DNA from: a virus
Direction: 5' to 3' (one strand)
DNA length: 64,000 nucleotides
Virus record (IMG/VR): IMGVR_UViG_3300023179_000104
Coordinates: 2,500 to 66,499 of that record
The position numbers and the translations under genes were made by a program. The notes under the pieces are model-generated. The model ran no database searches. It was given only the letters and a program-made list of their open reading frames with translations, and was not told the origin of the DNA. This document shows, one piece after another, positions 32,832-42,735 of the stretch (within the stretch, counting starts at the first letter, position 1; each line of letters starts with the position of its first letter).

Positions 32832-33538
32832 AAACTTATAACGATTTAAAATTAACTTTACGTTATCATAATACTCTTAATCCTAAATTCTGGATTGGCG
32901 AAGCAATTAAACCAGAAGTAAGAGAAGCATTATTAAAAATTGCTGATGAGTGGGCAAAGTTTGCTAACATTCCACTTCACGCCATTCAAGATGTAATTTT
33001 GGTTGGCGGTAATGCTAACTATAATTATACTAAATATTCTGATTTAGATCTTCATTTGTTAGTAAGGAAGGAAGAGATTGCTAATTGTCCAGAATTAATT
33101 GATGATTATCTTCAGGATAAGAAACAATTGTGGGCATTAACTCATGACATTCAAATCTATGGTCATGATGTAGAATTATATGCTCAAGATTTATCTGCAT
33201 CAACTCCATCAGGTCAAGGAGTATTTTCACTTCAAAGCAGTTTGTGGTTAATCCGTCCCGTATATCAAGAGATTAATTTATCTGATCCAGCAATTACTTC
33301 TAAAGTAAAACAGTATATGAATAAAATTGATTTCCTTATTGATAATAGAGCAGATGATCGTGATGCTTTTGAAAAACTTAAAGAAAAAATTCGTGATATG
33401 AGAGCATCATCTATTCAACGTGGTGGTGAGTTTGCTGTGGAAAATTTAGTATTTAAAGAACTTCGCAACAGAGGATACTTAGATAAACTCAGTCAGCATT
33501 TAAAAAATATTAAAGTCACAAGCTTGTCTCTTCGTTGA
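32828..33538 (+). CDS. Pol-beta superfamily nucleotidyltransferase-like protein
   Basis: hG[GS] motif (LVGGNANY), DxD (SDLDLH) and third carboxylate (VELY). Confidence 0.75.
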   Translation: MKTYNDLKLTLRYHNTLNPKFWIGEAIKPEVREALLKIADEWAKFANIPLHAIQDVILVGGNANYNYTKYSDLDLHLLVRKEEIANCPELIDDYLQDKKQLWALTHDIQIYGHDVELYAQDLSASTPSGQGVFSLQSSLWLIRPVYQEINLSDPAITSKVKQYMNKIDFLIDNRADDRDAFEKLKEKIRDMRASSIQRGGEFAVENLVFKELRNRGYLDKLSQHLKNIKVTSLSLR

Positions 33539-33552
33539 TCTTGTGGTATAAT
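33524..33552 (+). promoter_or_regulatory. Sigma70-type promoter for the gp43 operon
   Basis: TTGTCT-17 nt-TATAAT with TG extension. Confidence 0.65.
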
Positions 33553-33575
33553 AAAGTATAATTTGTGCGAGGTTT

Positions 33576-33899
33576 ATGACCGTTCAACTTGTGCTGCTTA
33601 AATCTGGTGAAGAGATTATTGCAGATGTTAGAGAAATTGTGGACAAAGATACTGAAAAACCAATGAGTTTAGTATTCATCAATCCTCATATTTTGACAAG
33701 TTCTGGTGATACTTTAATGTTTGATCCATGGATTCCATTGTCCGATTCACGACAATTTTTTATTCCCTATGATTGGGTAGTAACTATTTGTCAACCAGTA
33801 AATCACATTGTAGAAGAATTTAACAACCAATTTGGAGAAAATAATGACAGTCAAAGTAATTCTATTGAAAACAAATCAGACACTGATTTCGGAAATTGA
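33576..33899 (+). CDS. Conserved hypothetical protein (Sm-like)
   Basis: LVLLKSGEEIIAD, PWIPLS, DWVVTI..P. Confidence 0.8.
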   Translation: MTVQLVLLKSGEEIIADVREIVDKDTEKPMSLVFINPHILTSSGDTLMFDPWIPLSDSRQFFIPYDWVVTICQPVNHIVEEFNNQFGENNDSQSNSIENKSDTDFGN

Positions 33900-34173
33900 A
33901 GAACGAGAAGATGAAGATGCTGATTGCGTACTAATTAATCCTAAAGAAATTATACGCAACTATCTTTACAAAGAAGATGATCCAGTTGTTCCTAACTCAT
34001 TAAAATTTGGTGAAGAATATATTGGTGGCGAAAGTTCACGGGTGTATCTAACTCTAGACAATTATATTGAATATACTTATCAAAAACAAATTCCAATCAG
34101 ATCTGCTGATATTATGACTATTGTAGAACCTCGTGAGGATCTACTAAAATTTTACCGTGATGTAGTTGGTTAA
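33844..34173 (+). CDS. Conserved hypothetical protein (Sm-like paralogue)
   Basis: MTVKVILLK...LISEI, IMTIVEP...L...Y; RBS GGAG before ATG 33844. Confidence 0.75.
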   Translation: MTVKVILLKTNQTLISEIEEREDEDADCVLINPKEIIRNYLYKEDDPVVPNSLKFGEEYIGGESSRVYLTLDNYIEYTYQKQIPIRSADIMTIVEPREDLLKFYRDVVG

Positions 34174-36665
34174 TGAATTTTTACACAAATGTTGCTATTG
34201 TTTCCGACACTGTTTTTTATCGTGGATTTTCGGAAGGTGAGCGTGTTGAGTTGAGGGAAAAATTTTCCCCAACTCTTTTTGTTTCAACTAAAAAAGAAAC
34301 CAAATATAAAACTCTTGAGGGTGAATGTGTAGAGCCCATTAAATTTAGTGGTATTGGTGAAGCAAAAGAATTTGTTAAAAACTATGAGACGGTGGAAAAT
34401 TTTACCATTTATGGTAATACTAAGTATCTGTATCAATATATCTTGTCTGAGTATCCCAAAGAAGTTGATTATGATTTTACTAAACTAAATATTCTTTCTT
34501 TGGATATTGAAACTACTTCAGAGAATGGGTTCCCAAGTGTTGAAGAAGCAATTGAGGAAATCCTCTGCATTACTGTTAAAGATTTTTCATCTAAAAAAAT
34601 TACAACCTGGGGTTGTGGTGAGTTTGAAAACTTTCGTGATGATGTGAATTATATTTACTGCAAGAACGAGCAAGATCTCCTTTTAAAATTCCAGCAGTTT
34701 TGGGTTGGTGCAACACCAGACATTGTTACTGGATGGAATGTCAAACACTTTGATATGCCATTCATCTGTCGTCGTATGGATCGTGTGCTTAATAGTAAAC
34801 ATATGAGATCTTTATCTCCCTGGAACTTTGTTTATGAACGTGATGTTTATATTAAAGGTCAGAAAAAGATTTATTATGATATTCTTGGAGTTGCCACATT
34901 AGATTATTATGATCTCTATCAGAAGTTTACCTATACTAATCAGGAGAGTTATCGTCTGGATCATATTGCATCTGTAGAACTTGGTGCAAACAAACTAGAT
35001 CATAGTGAGTTTGAAAACTTCCAAGATTTCTATCGTAACAATTGGCAGAAGTTTATTGAGTACAACATTCATGACGTAGAACTTGTGGATATGTTGGAAG
35101 ATAAAATGAAACTGATTGAACTTGCCGTTACAATGGCATATGACGCAAAGGTAAACTTTGAGGATGTTTTCTATCAAGTTCGTATGTGGGATAGTATCAT
35201 TTACGATGCTCTCTCGCAGGAAAATATTATTATTCCTCCAAAGAGTGATAGTACTAAGGATCAGCAATATGCTGGCGCTTATGTAAAAGAACCTGTTCCT
35301 GGTATGTATGATTGGGTGGTCAACTTTGACTTAAACTCCCTGTACCCTCACTTGATTATGCAGTACAACATCAGTCCCGAAACACTCTTGGACGAGCGTG
35401 TGGGTGGTATTAATGTTGACCGCCTGCTCAATCGGGAGATTGATACGAGCACCCTACAAGGCGTTACACTGTGTCCTAACGGCACTTTGTACGACACCAG
35501 AAAACAGGGGTTTCTTCCTAAACTGATGCAGAAGATTTATGATGAACGTACCATCTATAAAAAGAAAATGCTTGCTGCTAAACAGGAATATGAAAATACT
35601 AAAAATCCTGAATTGCTAAAAGATATCTCTAAGTACAATAACATTCAGATGGCACGTAAGATCCAACTTAACTCTGCCTATGGTGCTATTGGCAATGAAT
35701 ATTTTCGCTATTTCCGAATAGAGAATGCTGAGGCAATTACCTTGTCTGGTCAACTTTCAATTCGTTGGATTGAAAAGAAAATGAATGAATACCTTAACCG
35801 TATCTTAAAAACTGGAGACAAAGATTATGTCATTGCTATTGATACCGATTCCATTTATCTTAATTTGGGTGATTTGGTGCAATCTGTATTCAAGGGAAGA
35901 AAGGCGCCTGATGAGAAAATTGTTGAGTTCCTTGACAAGATCTGTCAAGTGGAACTTGAACCTTTTATTGAAAGTTGCTATGAAGAACTGGCAAAGTATG
36001 TAAATGCTTATGAGCAGAAGATGAATATGAAGCGTGAGAACATTGCTAATCGTGGTTTCTGGACTGTGAAGAAGCGTTATGTACTCAATGTATGGGATAG
36101 TGAGGGTGTTCGCTATAAGCAACCTAAGATGAAAATTTGTGGTATGGAAACTCAACGTTCTTCTACTCCATCATACTTTCGGGATAAATTATATGAGTCA
36201 TATAAAATTATTATCAATGGAACTAATGATGATCTTATTGCATTCATTGAGAAGATTAAAAATCATAGTAAAAAGCAAAGCTATATTGATGTGGCATCAC
36301 CTAGAAGTTGTAATAATCTTGAAAAATATAAAAGTAATAGTAGCATTTATAAATCAGCTACTCCAATTGCCGTCAGAGGTGCATTACTTTATAATTACTA
36401 TGTTAAGCAGCATAAGATTACTAATAGATTTCCTCTTATCCAAGAGGGAGAAAAAATCAAATTCATCTATTTAAAAACCCCAAATCCAATTGGAGAGAAT
36501 GTAATTTCATTCTTTCAAAGTATCCCGCCTGAATTTGGTCTAGAAAAGTACATTGATTACACATTGCAATTTGAAAAATCTTTTCTAGAACCACTCAAAT
36601 CTGTGCTAGAATGTATTGGTTGGGATTATCAGCGTCGTGGCTCACTTACAAGTTTTTTTAGTTGA
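34173..36665 (+). CDS. gp43: Family B DNA polymerase gp43
   Basis: DIET exonuclease motif, FDLNSLYPHLI, KIQLNSAYG, DTDS, KKRY. Confidence 0.98.
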   Translation: MNFYTNVAIVSDTVFYRGFSEGERVELREKFSPTLFVSTKKETKYKTLEGECVEPIKFSGIGEAKEFVKNYETVENFTIYGNTKYLYQYILSEYPKEVDYDFTKLNILSLDIETTSENGFPSVEEAIEEILCITVKDFSSKKITTWGCGEFENFRDDVNYIYCKNEQDLLLKFQQFWVGATPDIVTGWNVKHFDMPFICRRMDRVLNSKHMRSLSPWNFVYERDVYIKGQKKIYYDILGVATLDYYDLYQKFTYTNQESYRLDHIASVELGANKLDHSEFENFQDFYRNNWQKFIEYNIHDVELVDMLEDKMKLIELAVTMAYDAKVNFEDVFYQVRMWDSIIYDALSQENIIIPPKSDSTKDQQYAGAYVKEPVPGMYDWVVNFDLNSLYPHLIMQYNISPETLLDERVGGINVDRLLNREIDTSTLQGVTLCPNGTLYDTRKQGFLPKLMQKIYDERTIYKKKMLAAKQEYENTKNPELLKDISKYNNIQMARKIQLNSAYGAIGNEYFRYFRIENAEAITLSGQLSIRWIEKKMNEYLNRILKTGDKDYVIAIDTDSIYLNLGDLVQSVFKGRKAPDEKIVEFLDKICQVELEPFIESCYEELAKYVNAYEQKMNMKRENIANRGFWTVKKRYVLNVWDSEGVRYKQPKMKICGMETQRSSTPSYFRDKLYESYKIIINGTNDDLIAFIEKIKNHSKKQSYIDVASPRSCNNLEKYKSNSSIYKSATPIAVRGALLYNYYVKQHKITNRFPLIQEGEKIKFIYLKTPNPIGENVISFFQSIPPEFGLEKYIDYTLQFEKSFLEPLKSVLECIGWDYQRRGSLTSFFS

Positions 36666-36671
36666 GGTATT

Positions 36672-37682
36672 ATGAGTTTTTTAAAAAATGTTATTAAAGA
36701 GTTAGACAATCCATACGCAAATGTTGTGGATGATTCAGCTGTATGTAAAACGTTTGTTGATACTGGGTCTTACATACTCAATGCTCTTATTAGTGGAAGC
36801 ATATTTGGTGGTCTTCCATCAAATAAAATCACTGCACTTGCGGGAGAATCTGGTACAGGGAAAACTTTCCTTGCCCTCTCCATCGTCAAGCATTTTCTTG
36901 ATAGCAACTTGGAAGCACAAGTAATCTATTTTGAATCTGAATCAGCCATCGAAAAAGATATGCTTGATGTTCGTGGTATTGATATTAAACGTGTTGGTTT
37001 AGTTCCTGTTACTACAGTACAAGAGTTTCGCACTCAAAGTATTAAAGTACTTGATGAATATATGAAACTTAAGAAAGAAGATAGACCTCCGTTGCTTTTT
37101 GTGCTAGATTCCTTAGGTATGCTCTCTACCACCAAAGAGGTTCAGGATGCTACAGATGGTAAAGAAACTAAAGACATGACCCGTGCTCAGGTTATCAAAT
37201 CCATCTTTCGTATTCTTTCACTCAAGTTGGGCCAAGCAGAAATTCCTTTGATTGTTACAAATCACACATATGATGTGGTTGGTGCTTATGTACCAACTAA
37301 AGAAATGGGTGGTGGTAGTGGTCTAAAGTATTCAGCATCGTCCATTCTTTTCCTTTCCAAGAAGAAGGAGAAAGATGGTACTGAAGTTGTTGGCAACATC
37401 ATTAAAGTGAAGGCAAATAAGTCACGCTTTACAAAAGAAAATTCTACTATTGAAACGAGGTTATATTATGATGCAAGAGGTCTCGACAAGTATTATGGGT
37501 TGGTCGAACTTGGAGCAAAGTACGGAGTATTTGAACCTGTGGGTAACCGTGTTAAGGTGGGTAATGCTACTGTATATCCTTCGGTCATTTATAAAGATCC
37601 TGATAAGTATTTTACTCCAGAAATCCTCCAAGCACTTGACGAATGTGCTCAAAAAGAATTCTCCTACGGATCAGAATCTTGA
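36672..37682 (+). CDS. uvsX: RecA-like recombinase UvsX
   Basis: [23 protein letters not shown]. Confidence 0.96.
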   Translation: MSFLKNVIKELDNPYANVVDDSAVCKTFVDTGSYILNALISGSIFGGLPSNKITALAGESGTGKTFLALSIVKHFLDSNLEAQVIYFESESAIEKDMLDVRGIDIKRVGLVPVTTVQEFRTQSIKVLDEYMKLKKEDRPPLLFVLDSLGMLSTTKEVQDATDGKETKDMTRAQVIKSIFRILSLKLGQAEIPLIVTNHTYDVVGAYVPTKEMGGGSGLKYSASSILFLSKKKEKDGTEVVGNIIKVKANKSRFTKENSTIETRLYYDARGLDKYYGLVELGAKYGVFEPVGNRVKVGNATVYPSVIYKDPDKYFTPEILQALDECAQKEFSYGSES

Positions 37683-39064
37683 TGGAAACAATTGAAAGTA
37701 CAATTTTGAAAAATCTTATTTCTAATGAGAGTTTTATGCGTAAAGTAATCCCTTATATTAAAGGGGAATATTTTACGCAATATTCTGATAAAATTTTGTT
37801 TAATATTATTTCAGATTTTGTAGTTTCATATGGTCAATCTCCCACAAAAGAAGTTCTACAAATTGAAGTAGAAAATCGTAAAGATTTAACGGAAGATTCT
37901 TATAAAGAATTACAAATCAAGATTGATAATATTAGTGACACTGAAGTAGATTTTCAATGGATATTGGATTCTACTGAAAAATGGTGTAAGCAAAGAGCAG
38001 TATATCTTGCACTTCTTGAGAGTGTTAAGATTGCTGATGGTAAAGATAAGAATCGCACTGAAGATGCTATTCCAAGTATTCTTCAGGAAGCACTTGCTGT
38101 ATCATTTGATGAGCACATTGGACATGATTACATTGACGATTCTGAAAAAAGATTTGAATATTATCATCGAAAGGAAAATAAAATTCCATTTGATATAACA
38201 CTTTTTAATAAAATTACCAAAGGTGGTCTTCCAAATAAAACATTAAATGTTGCTCTCGCTGGAACTGGTGTTGGTAAATCATTGTTTATGTGTCACTGTG
38301 CTGCGGCTGCTCTTATTGAAAGTAAGAATGTTTTATACATTACTTTAGAAATGTCAGAGGAAAAAATTGCTGAACGTATTGATGCTAATCTTCTTAATGT
38401 CAATATCAAAGATATTGAAGATATGCCAGAACAATTGTTTAGTAGTAAGATTACTCGACTGGCACAGAAAACTACAGGAAAACTTATTGTTAAAGAGTAT
38501 CCAACTGCATCTGCTCATTCTGGACATTTTAAAGCATTGCTTAATGATCTTTCAATGAAGAAAAGTTTTGAACCAGATTTGATCTTTATTGATTATCTAA
38601 ACATCTGTGCTTCATCTAGATATAAAGGAACCTTGGTTAATTCTTATACCTATGTCAAAGCAATTGCTGAGGAACTTAGAGGATTGGCTGTGGAATTCAA
38701 TGTCCCCATCATGTCTGCTACTCAAACTACTCGTAGTGGTTATGGTAGTACTGATGTTGACCTTACTGACACTTCTGAATCCTTTGGTCTTCCTGCTACT
38801 GCTGACTTTATGTTTGCTCTTATAAGTACTGAAGAACTTGAAAATCTTAATCAAATTATGGTTAAACAACTTAAGAACCGCTATAATGATCCCACTATGT
38901 TCAAAAGATTTGTGGTGGGTATTGACAGAACAAAGATGAGGTTGTATGATGTAGAGGAATCTGCACAGAAAGACATTGGTGATTCTGGGCAGGAATATGA
39001 CTTTGAGGAAGTTGCCAAAACTCAAAGTATTTCAAAGGCAAAACTAACTAATTTTAAATTTTAA
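37682..39064 (+). CDS. gp41: Replicative helicase gp41
   Basis: AGTGVGKS, IDYLNI, SESFGLPATAD, KQLKNRY; start at the ATG overlapping the uvsX stop. Confidence 0.97.
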   Translation: METIESTILKNLISNESFMRKVIPYIKGEYFTQYSDKILFNIISDFVVSYGQSPTKEVLQIEVENRKDLTEDSYKELQIKIDNISDTEVDFQWILDSTEKWCKQRAVYLALLESVKIADGKDKNRTEDAIPSILQEALAVSFDEHIGHDYIDDSEKRFEYYHRKENKIPFDITLFNKITKGGLPNKTLNVALAGTGVGKSLFMCHCAAAALIESKNVLYITLEMSEEKIAERIDANLLNVNIKDIEDMPEQLFSSKITRLAQKTTGKLIVKEYPTASAHSGHFKALLNDLSMKKSFEPDLIFIDYLNICASSRYKGTLVNSYTYVKAIAEELRGLAVEFNVPIMSATQTTRSGYGSTDVDLTDTSESFGLPATADFMFALISTEELENLNQIMVKQLKNRYNDPTMFKRFVVGIDRTKMRLYDVEESAQKDIGDSGQEYDFEEVAKTQSISKAKLTNFKF

Positions 39065-39067
39065 TCT

Positions 39068-39472
39068 ATGACTATTGATTTTGATAAGTATGTTCAATTT
39101 GTTGGTGCTGTTACCAGTCCAGCATCCCGTAATATCACAGAGTTTGTTGATCACATTCTTGAATTGAAAGATCAAGGTGCTGACATTCAACGTCTACTTA
39201 CTGCTGCTTGTGGTATTACTGCTGAGGGTGGAGAGTTTACTGAGATTGTAAAGAAGATTGCATTTCAAGGCAAACCTTATAATAAAGATAACATCTATCA
39301 TATGAAGCGTGAACTTGGAGATATCCTCTGGTATATTGCTCAAGCGTGTATTGCTCTTGATATTTCATTTGAAGAGATTGCTCAGATGAACTTTGAGAAA
39401 CTGACTGCACGATACCCAGAAGGAGCATTCAGTATTGAACGAAGTGAGAACCGAGTCGCAAACGATCTTTAA
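39068..39472 (+). CDS. mazG: MazG-like nucleotide pyrophosphohydrolase
   Basis: AEGGEFTEIVKK, ELGDILWY, N..KL..RYP. Confidence 0.92.
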   Translation: MTIDFDKYVQFVGAVTSPASRNITEFVDHILELKDQGADIQRLLTAACGITAEGGEFTEIVKKIAFQGKPYNKDNIYHMKRELGDILWYIAQACIALDISFEEIAQMNFEKLTARYPEGAFSIERSENRVANDL

Positions 39473-39477
39473 TAAAT

Positions 39478-39499
39478 ACCCCCATAAGGGGGATTTTTT
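39478..39499 (+). terminator. Probable terminator overlapping a late-promoter-like AATAAATA
   Basis: CCCCC-ATAA-GGGGG hairpin followed by a T tract. Confidence 0.6.
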
Positions 39500-40948
39500 A
39501 TGTCTACTGAAAAAAAAGATAAATGGATAAAATATTTTCAAGGTAAAGGTGATGTTGATACTTTTGTTAGAGCTACTGGTAGTGTAAAAAATAAAAGCTA
39601 TCTTTATGATTTAGAGGGCAAAAAAACTTCAACAAAACTTGAACATGGTGAACCCATACTTGTAAAAGAAAGAGAAGAATATATTATACAAGGACCATTT
39701 GCACACAAACTTTTTATTGAATCATCCAAAGGAAATGGGTGGCTTCATGTTGATAATATAGATAAAGGTATAGGGCAAAGAGCATCCATACGATTGGAAT
39801 CTAATAAACTTATTGGATTGGGTGAACGGATGATAGTCCCTATGTTAAATGGTGAAGAAAATGTTTCATGCAGAATTTTCAAAACTGCGGAAAAACTTGC
39901 TATATCAATTTTACATGGACTTGAGAATGAACCATCTGTTCCTGATTATATTGTTGACCAAGTATCACAGTTATTTTATGATGATGTAGTGTATACTCAA
40001 AATTCATTAATAAGTGGAAATGTTGATTTTAAATGGAATGGTTCTGTTTCTGAAATTGAAAAAAATTCAATGGGAGTATATCTGGGAGAACTATTAATTG
40101 GTTATATGGCTTTAGTTGGAAAAACAGAATGTTTTTCAGAACCAGACATAGTAAAATTTCCAATTGAATATTTTGGAGTACCAGAAAATCCAGCATTTTC
40201 AGGAATTGATTCATTCATACAATATCAAGATAGGGGAAAAAATCAAGATGGCGGGAAATTTTTAATATCATCTAAAGCTGGCAATAAAGGTGCATCACCA
40301 TCTATATGGAAAAATATTATGCCGTATTTAAAACCCAATAAGTTAGATAGTAATACAAACGCCACTTTAGAAAAACTATATAATATTTGTAAAAATATTG
40401 ATGGTGGTAAAATAACTGGTCGTAAAGGTATGCAATATGTTTATAGATATGGCGTGAAAGAAATTTTGAATTACGAAGTTGGTCCTACAACTAGAGATGG
40501 ATCTGGGAAAGAAAAGGCAGTTGTAAATCCACAGGATTTTTATAATGTACTTAAAGCAGGTAAACCATATCCTCCTGTATATGATAATATAATATTAGAT
40601 GCTATTAAAATACAAAAGAGTTTAAATTCTACAGAATTTAAATCTGCAAGCTCTACTGCAGTAACAACTGCATTGGAAAAAGGTGTTGGAATGAGTTCTT
40701 TTTTTTGTAGATATATTTCAGACAAACTAAATAATGAAATAAATTCTCTAGATAAGATGCGTAATACTGTATCTGGTAGAGTAGTTTATCAAGCATATTT
40801 AAATACACCAAAATTTAAAAAAGGTAAAATATATTTTACTACCAAAAAAGCAACAAAAGCTAGTTTAATTACCACTGGATCTAAATCTGGTGCAACTAAA
40901 ATTGATATGTCAAATACAGTTAATTATAATTTAATATTTGAAAACTAA
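39500..40948 (+). CDS. Hypothetical protein, possible PD-(D/E)XK-fold nuclease
   Basis: 482-aa ORF; GE helix (YLGELL), then P...F..IDS and ISSKAG. Confidence 0.5.
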   Translation: MSTEKKDKWIKYFQGKGDVDTFVRATGSVKNKSYLYDLEGKKTSTKLEHGEPILVKEREEYIIQGPFAHKLFIESSKGNGWLHVDNIDKGIGQRASIRLESNKLIGLGERMIVPMLNGEENVSCRIFKTAEKLAISILHGLENEPSVPDYIVDQVSQLFYDDVVYTQNSLISGNVDFKWNGSVSEIEKNSMGVYLGELLIGYMALVGKTECFSEPDIVKFPIEYFGVPENPAFSGIDSFIQYQDRGKNQDGGKFLISSKAGNKGASPSIWKNIMPYLKPNKLDSNTNATLEKLYNICKNIDGGKITGRKGMQYVYRYGVKEILNYEVGPTTRDGSGKEKAVVNPQDFYNVLKAGKPYPPVYDNIILDAIKIQKSLNSTEFKSASSTAVTTALEKGVGMSSFFCRYISDKLNNEINSLDKMRNTVSGRVVYQAYLNTPKFKKGKIYFTTKKATKASLITTGSKSGATKIDMSNTVNYNLIFEN

Positions 40949-42156
40949 TGGCAAACATAGTTAAACTAAAACACCTTGAACATCTTGAAGATGAAGTTTT
41001 GAACTACGGTTCGGAAGGATGTTTTGCGATTGTTAAATTCCTTACTGAACTTAAAAATATGATCGGCAAAAAATCTACGGGTGGATTTCTTCAAACTAAA
41101 TGGGATGGTGCTCCCTCTGTAGTTTGTGGAGTACATCCAATAACTGGAGGATTTTTTGTCGGAACTAAATCTGTATTTAATAAAAAAGATCCAAAAATTT
41201 GCTTTACTCCTGGCGATATTGACTCAATGTATGAGAACGAGTTAAATAAAAAACTTAAAGATTGTCTTAAGTATTTTTCACAACTCGGTATCACTGGGGT
41301 CATTCAAGGAGATCTTCTATATACTAATGATAAAAAAACTCAAAGAATAAATGATGAAGAACTTGTAGTATTCAGACCTAATACAATTACATATGGTATC
41401 CCAACTGATCATCCGATTGGTCAAAAAGTCAATAGATCTAAAATTGGAGTGGTTTTTCATACTAATTATGCTGGTGGTCCTGATCTTGCAGATATGTCTG
41501 CAAGACCTCGTGTGGATATTTCAAAGTTTAATTCTGTTGATGATGTTGCCGTTATCTCTAATGATACGCAAGTTCAGCAAGTATCTTTTACGAAAACAGA
41601 AGAACAAACATTCAACAGATACATTCAAAAAATAAACAGAATGTGTGAGATCTCTGCAAAATTTCATGATTACATTGTGGAAAATTCAGGCACTACTGGA
41701 GATGCAAAGTTTTTTGTTGGATCTTATTTAAAACCATTTTTTAATAATGAAATTAAAGAAGCAAGAACTATTAATAATGTTGATGCTACTCTAAAATCTT
41801 TTGCTGAATTTTATAAAACAAAAATGGATAAGGAAATTAATTCAGTAAAAACTGCAGCAGCACAAACAAAAAAGCGCGAATTTTTATACACGGGTGTTAA
41901 ATACTTAGAAGATCATCAAAATGAATTCAAGGCATTTGTTGCACTTTATCAAACCATTCAAGAAGCAAAGTTATTCATTATACAAAAACTGGATTCATTA
42001 GAACAGTTCAGAACTTTTGTTGAGATTGATGGAGGTTACAAAGTTACTACTCCAGAAGGTTATGTTCTTCATCAAGATGGGGATATGGTGAAATTAGTTA
42101 ATCGCATTGAGTTCAGTAAAAACAATTTTACAATAGAAAAGAACTGGAAGAAATGA
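40948..42156 (+). CDS. Conserved phage protein (DUF6267-like) with ATP-dependent ligase-type motifs
   Basis: HLEHLED; KWDG, QGDLL, EGYV and VKLV in ligase motif order. Confidence 0.65.
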   Translation: MANIVKLKHLEHLEDEVLNYGSEGCFAIVKFLTELKNMIGKKSTGGFLQTKWDGAPSVVCGVHPITGGFFVGTKSVFNKKDPKICFTPGDIDSMYENELNKKLKDCLKYFSQLGITGVIQGDLLYTNDKKTQRINDEELVVFRPNTITYGIPTDHPIGQKVNRSKIGVVFHTNYAGGPDLADMSARPRVDISKFNSVDDVAVISNDTQVQQVSFTKTEEQTFNRYIQKINRMCEISAKFHDYIVENSGTTGDAKFFVGSYLKPFFNNEIKEARTINNVDATLKSFAEFYKTKMDKEINSVKTAAAQTKKREFLYTGVKYLEDHQNEFKAFVALYQTIQEAKLFIIQKLDSLEQFRTFVEIDGGYKVTTPEGYVLHQDGDMVKLVNRIEFSKNNFTIEKNWKK

Positions 42157-42725
42157 GCCTCATAGAATATAAAAGTTGTTACTTTACTTTTGGTAGATTT
42201 CAGCCCTGCACTATAGGACATGCGGATAACTTTGCCAATTTAAAAAAGATTGCTGGTACTAATGATTATCGCATTTACATCAGTCAGTCAGTAGATACAA
42301 AAGGTAATAATCCTTTACCTGCTGATGTTAAACTTACTTATATGAATAAGTCATTGCCAGAACATCGTGGTAAAATATTCAGTAGCGCAACTGCAAAAGA
42401 CCCTGTAACTATTCTACAGGAGTTACAGTCCTTAGGATATGACAACGCATACTTTGTTGTAGGGTCTGATAGAGTTCCTGCTATGCAATGGATTAAAAAA
42501 TATAATGGTAAGGACTTTGTATTCAATGAACTTGATGTAATTTCTTCGGGTGATAGAGATGCTGATGGTGATACCTTTGCAATCTCTGGAACTAAAATGA
42601 GACGTGCAGCATTTGCTGGTGACTTTAAAACTTTTAGAACTGGTATTCCTACAGCATTAACTGATACAGATTGTAAAAAACTTATGAAAGAAATTCAAAC
42701 AAGATTGCCCGCAAATTTTAAATAA
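42153..42725 (+). CDS. HIGH-superfamily nucleotidyltransferase (phage cytidyltransferase-like), catalytic domain
   Basis: FGRFQPCTIGH, VVGSDR, ISGTKMR. Confidence 0.85.
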   Translation: MSLIEYKSCYFTFGRFQPCTIGHADNFANLKKIAGTNDYRIYISQSVDTKGNNPLPADVKLTYMNKSLPEHRGKIFSSATAKDPVTILQELQSLGYDNAYFVVGSDRVPAMQWIKKYNGKDFVFNELDVISSGDRDADGDTFAISGTKMRRAAFAGDFKTFRTGIPTALTDTDCKKLMKEIQTRLPANFK

Positions 42726-42735
42726 AAAAACAAAA

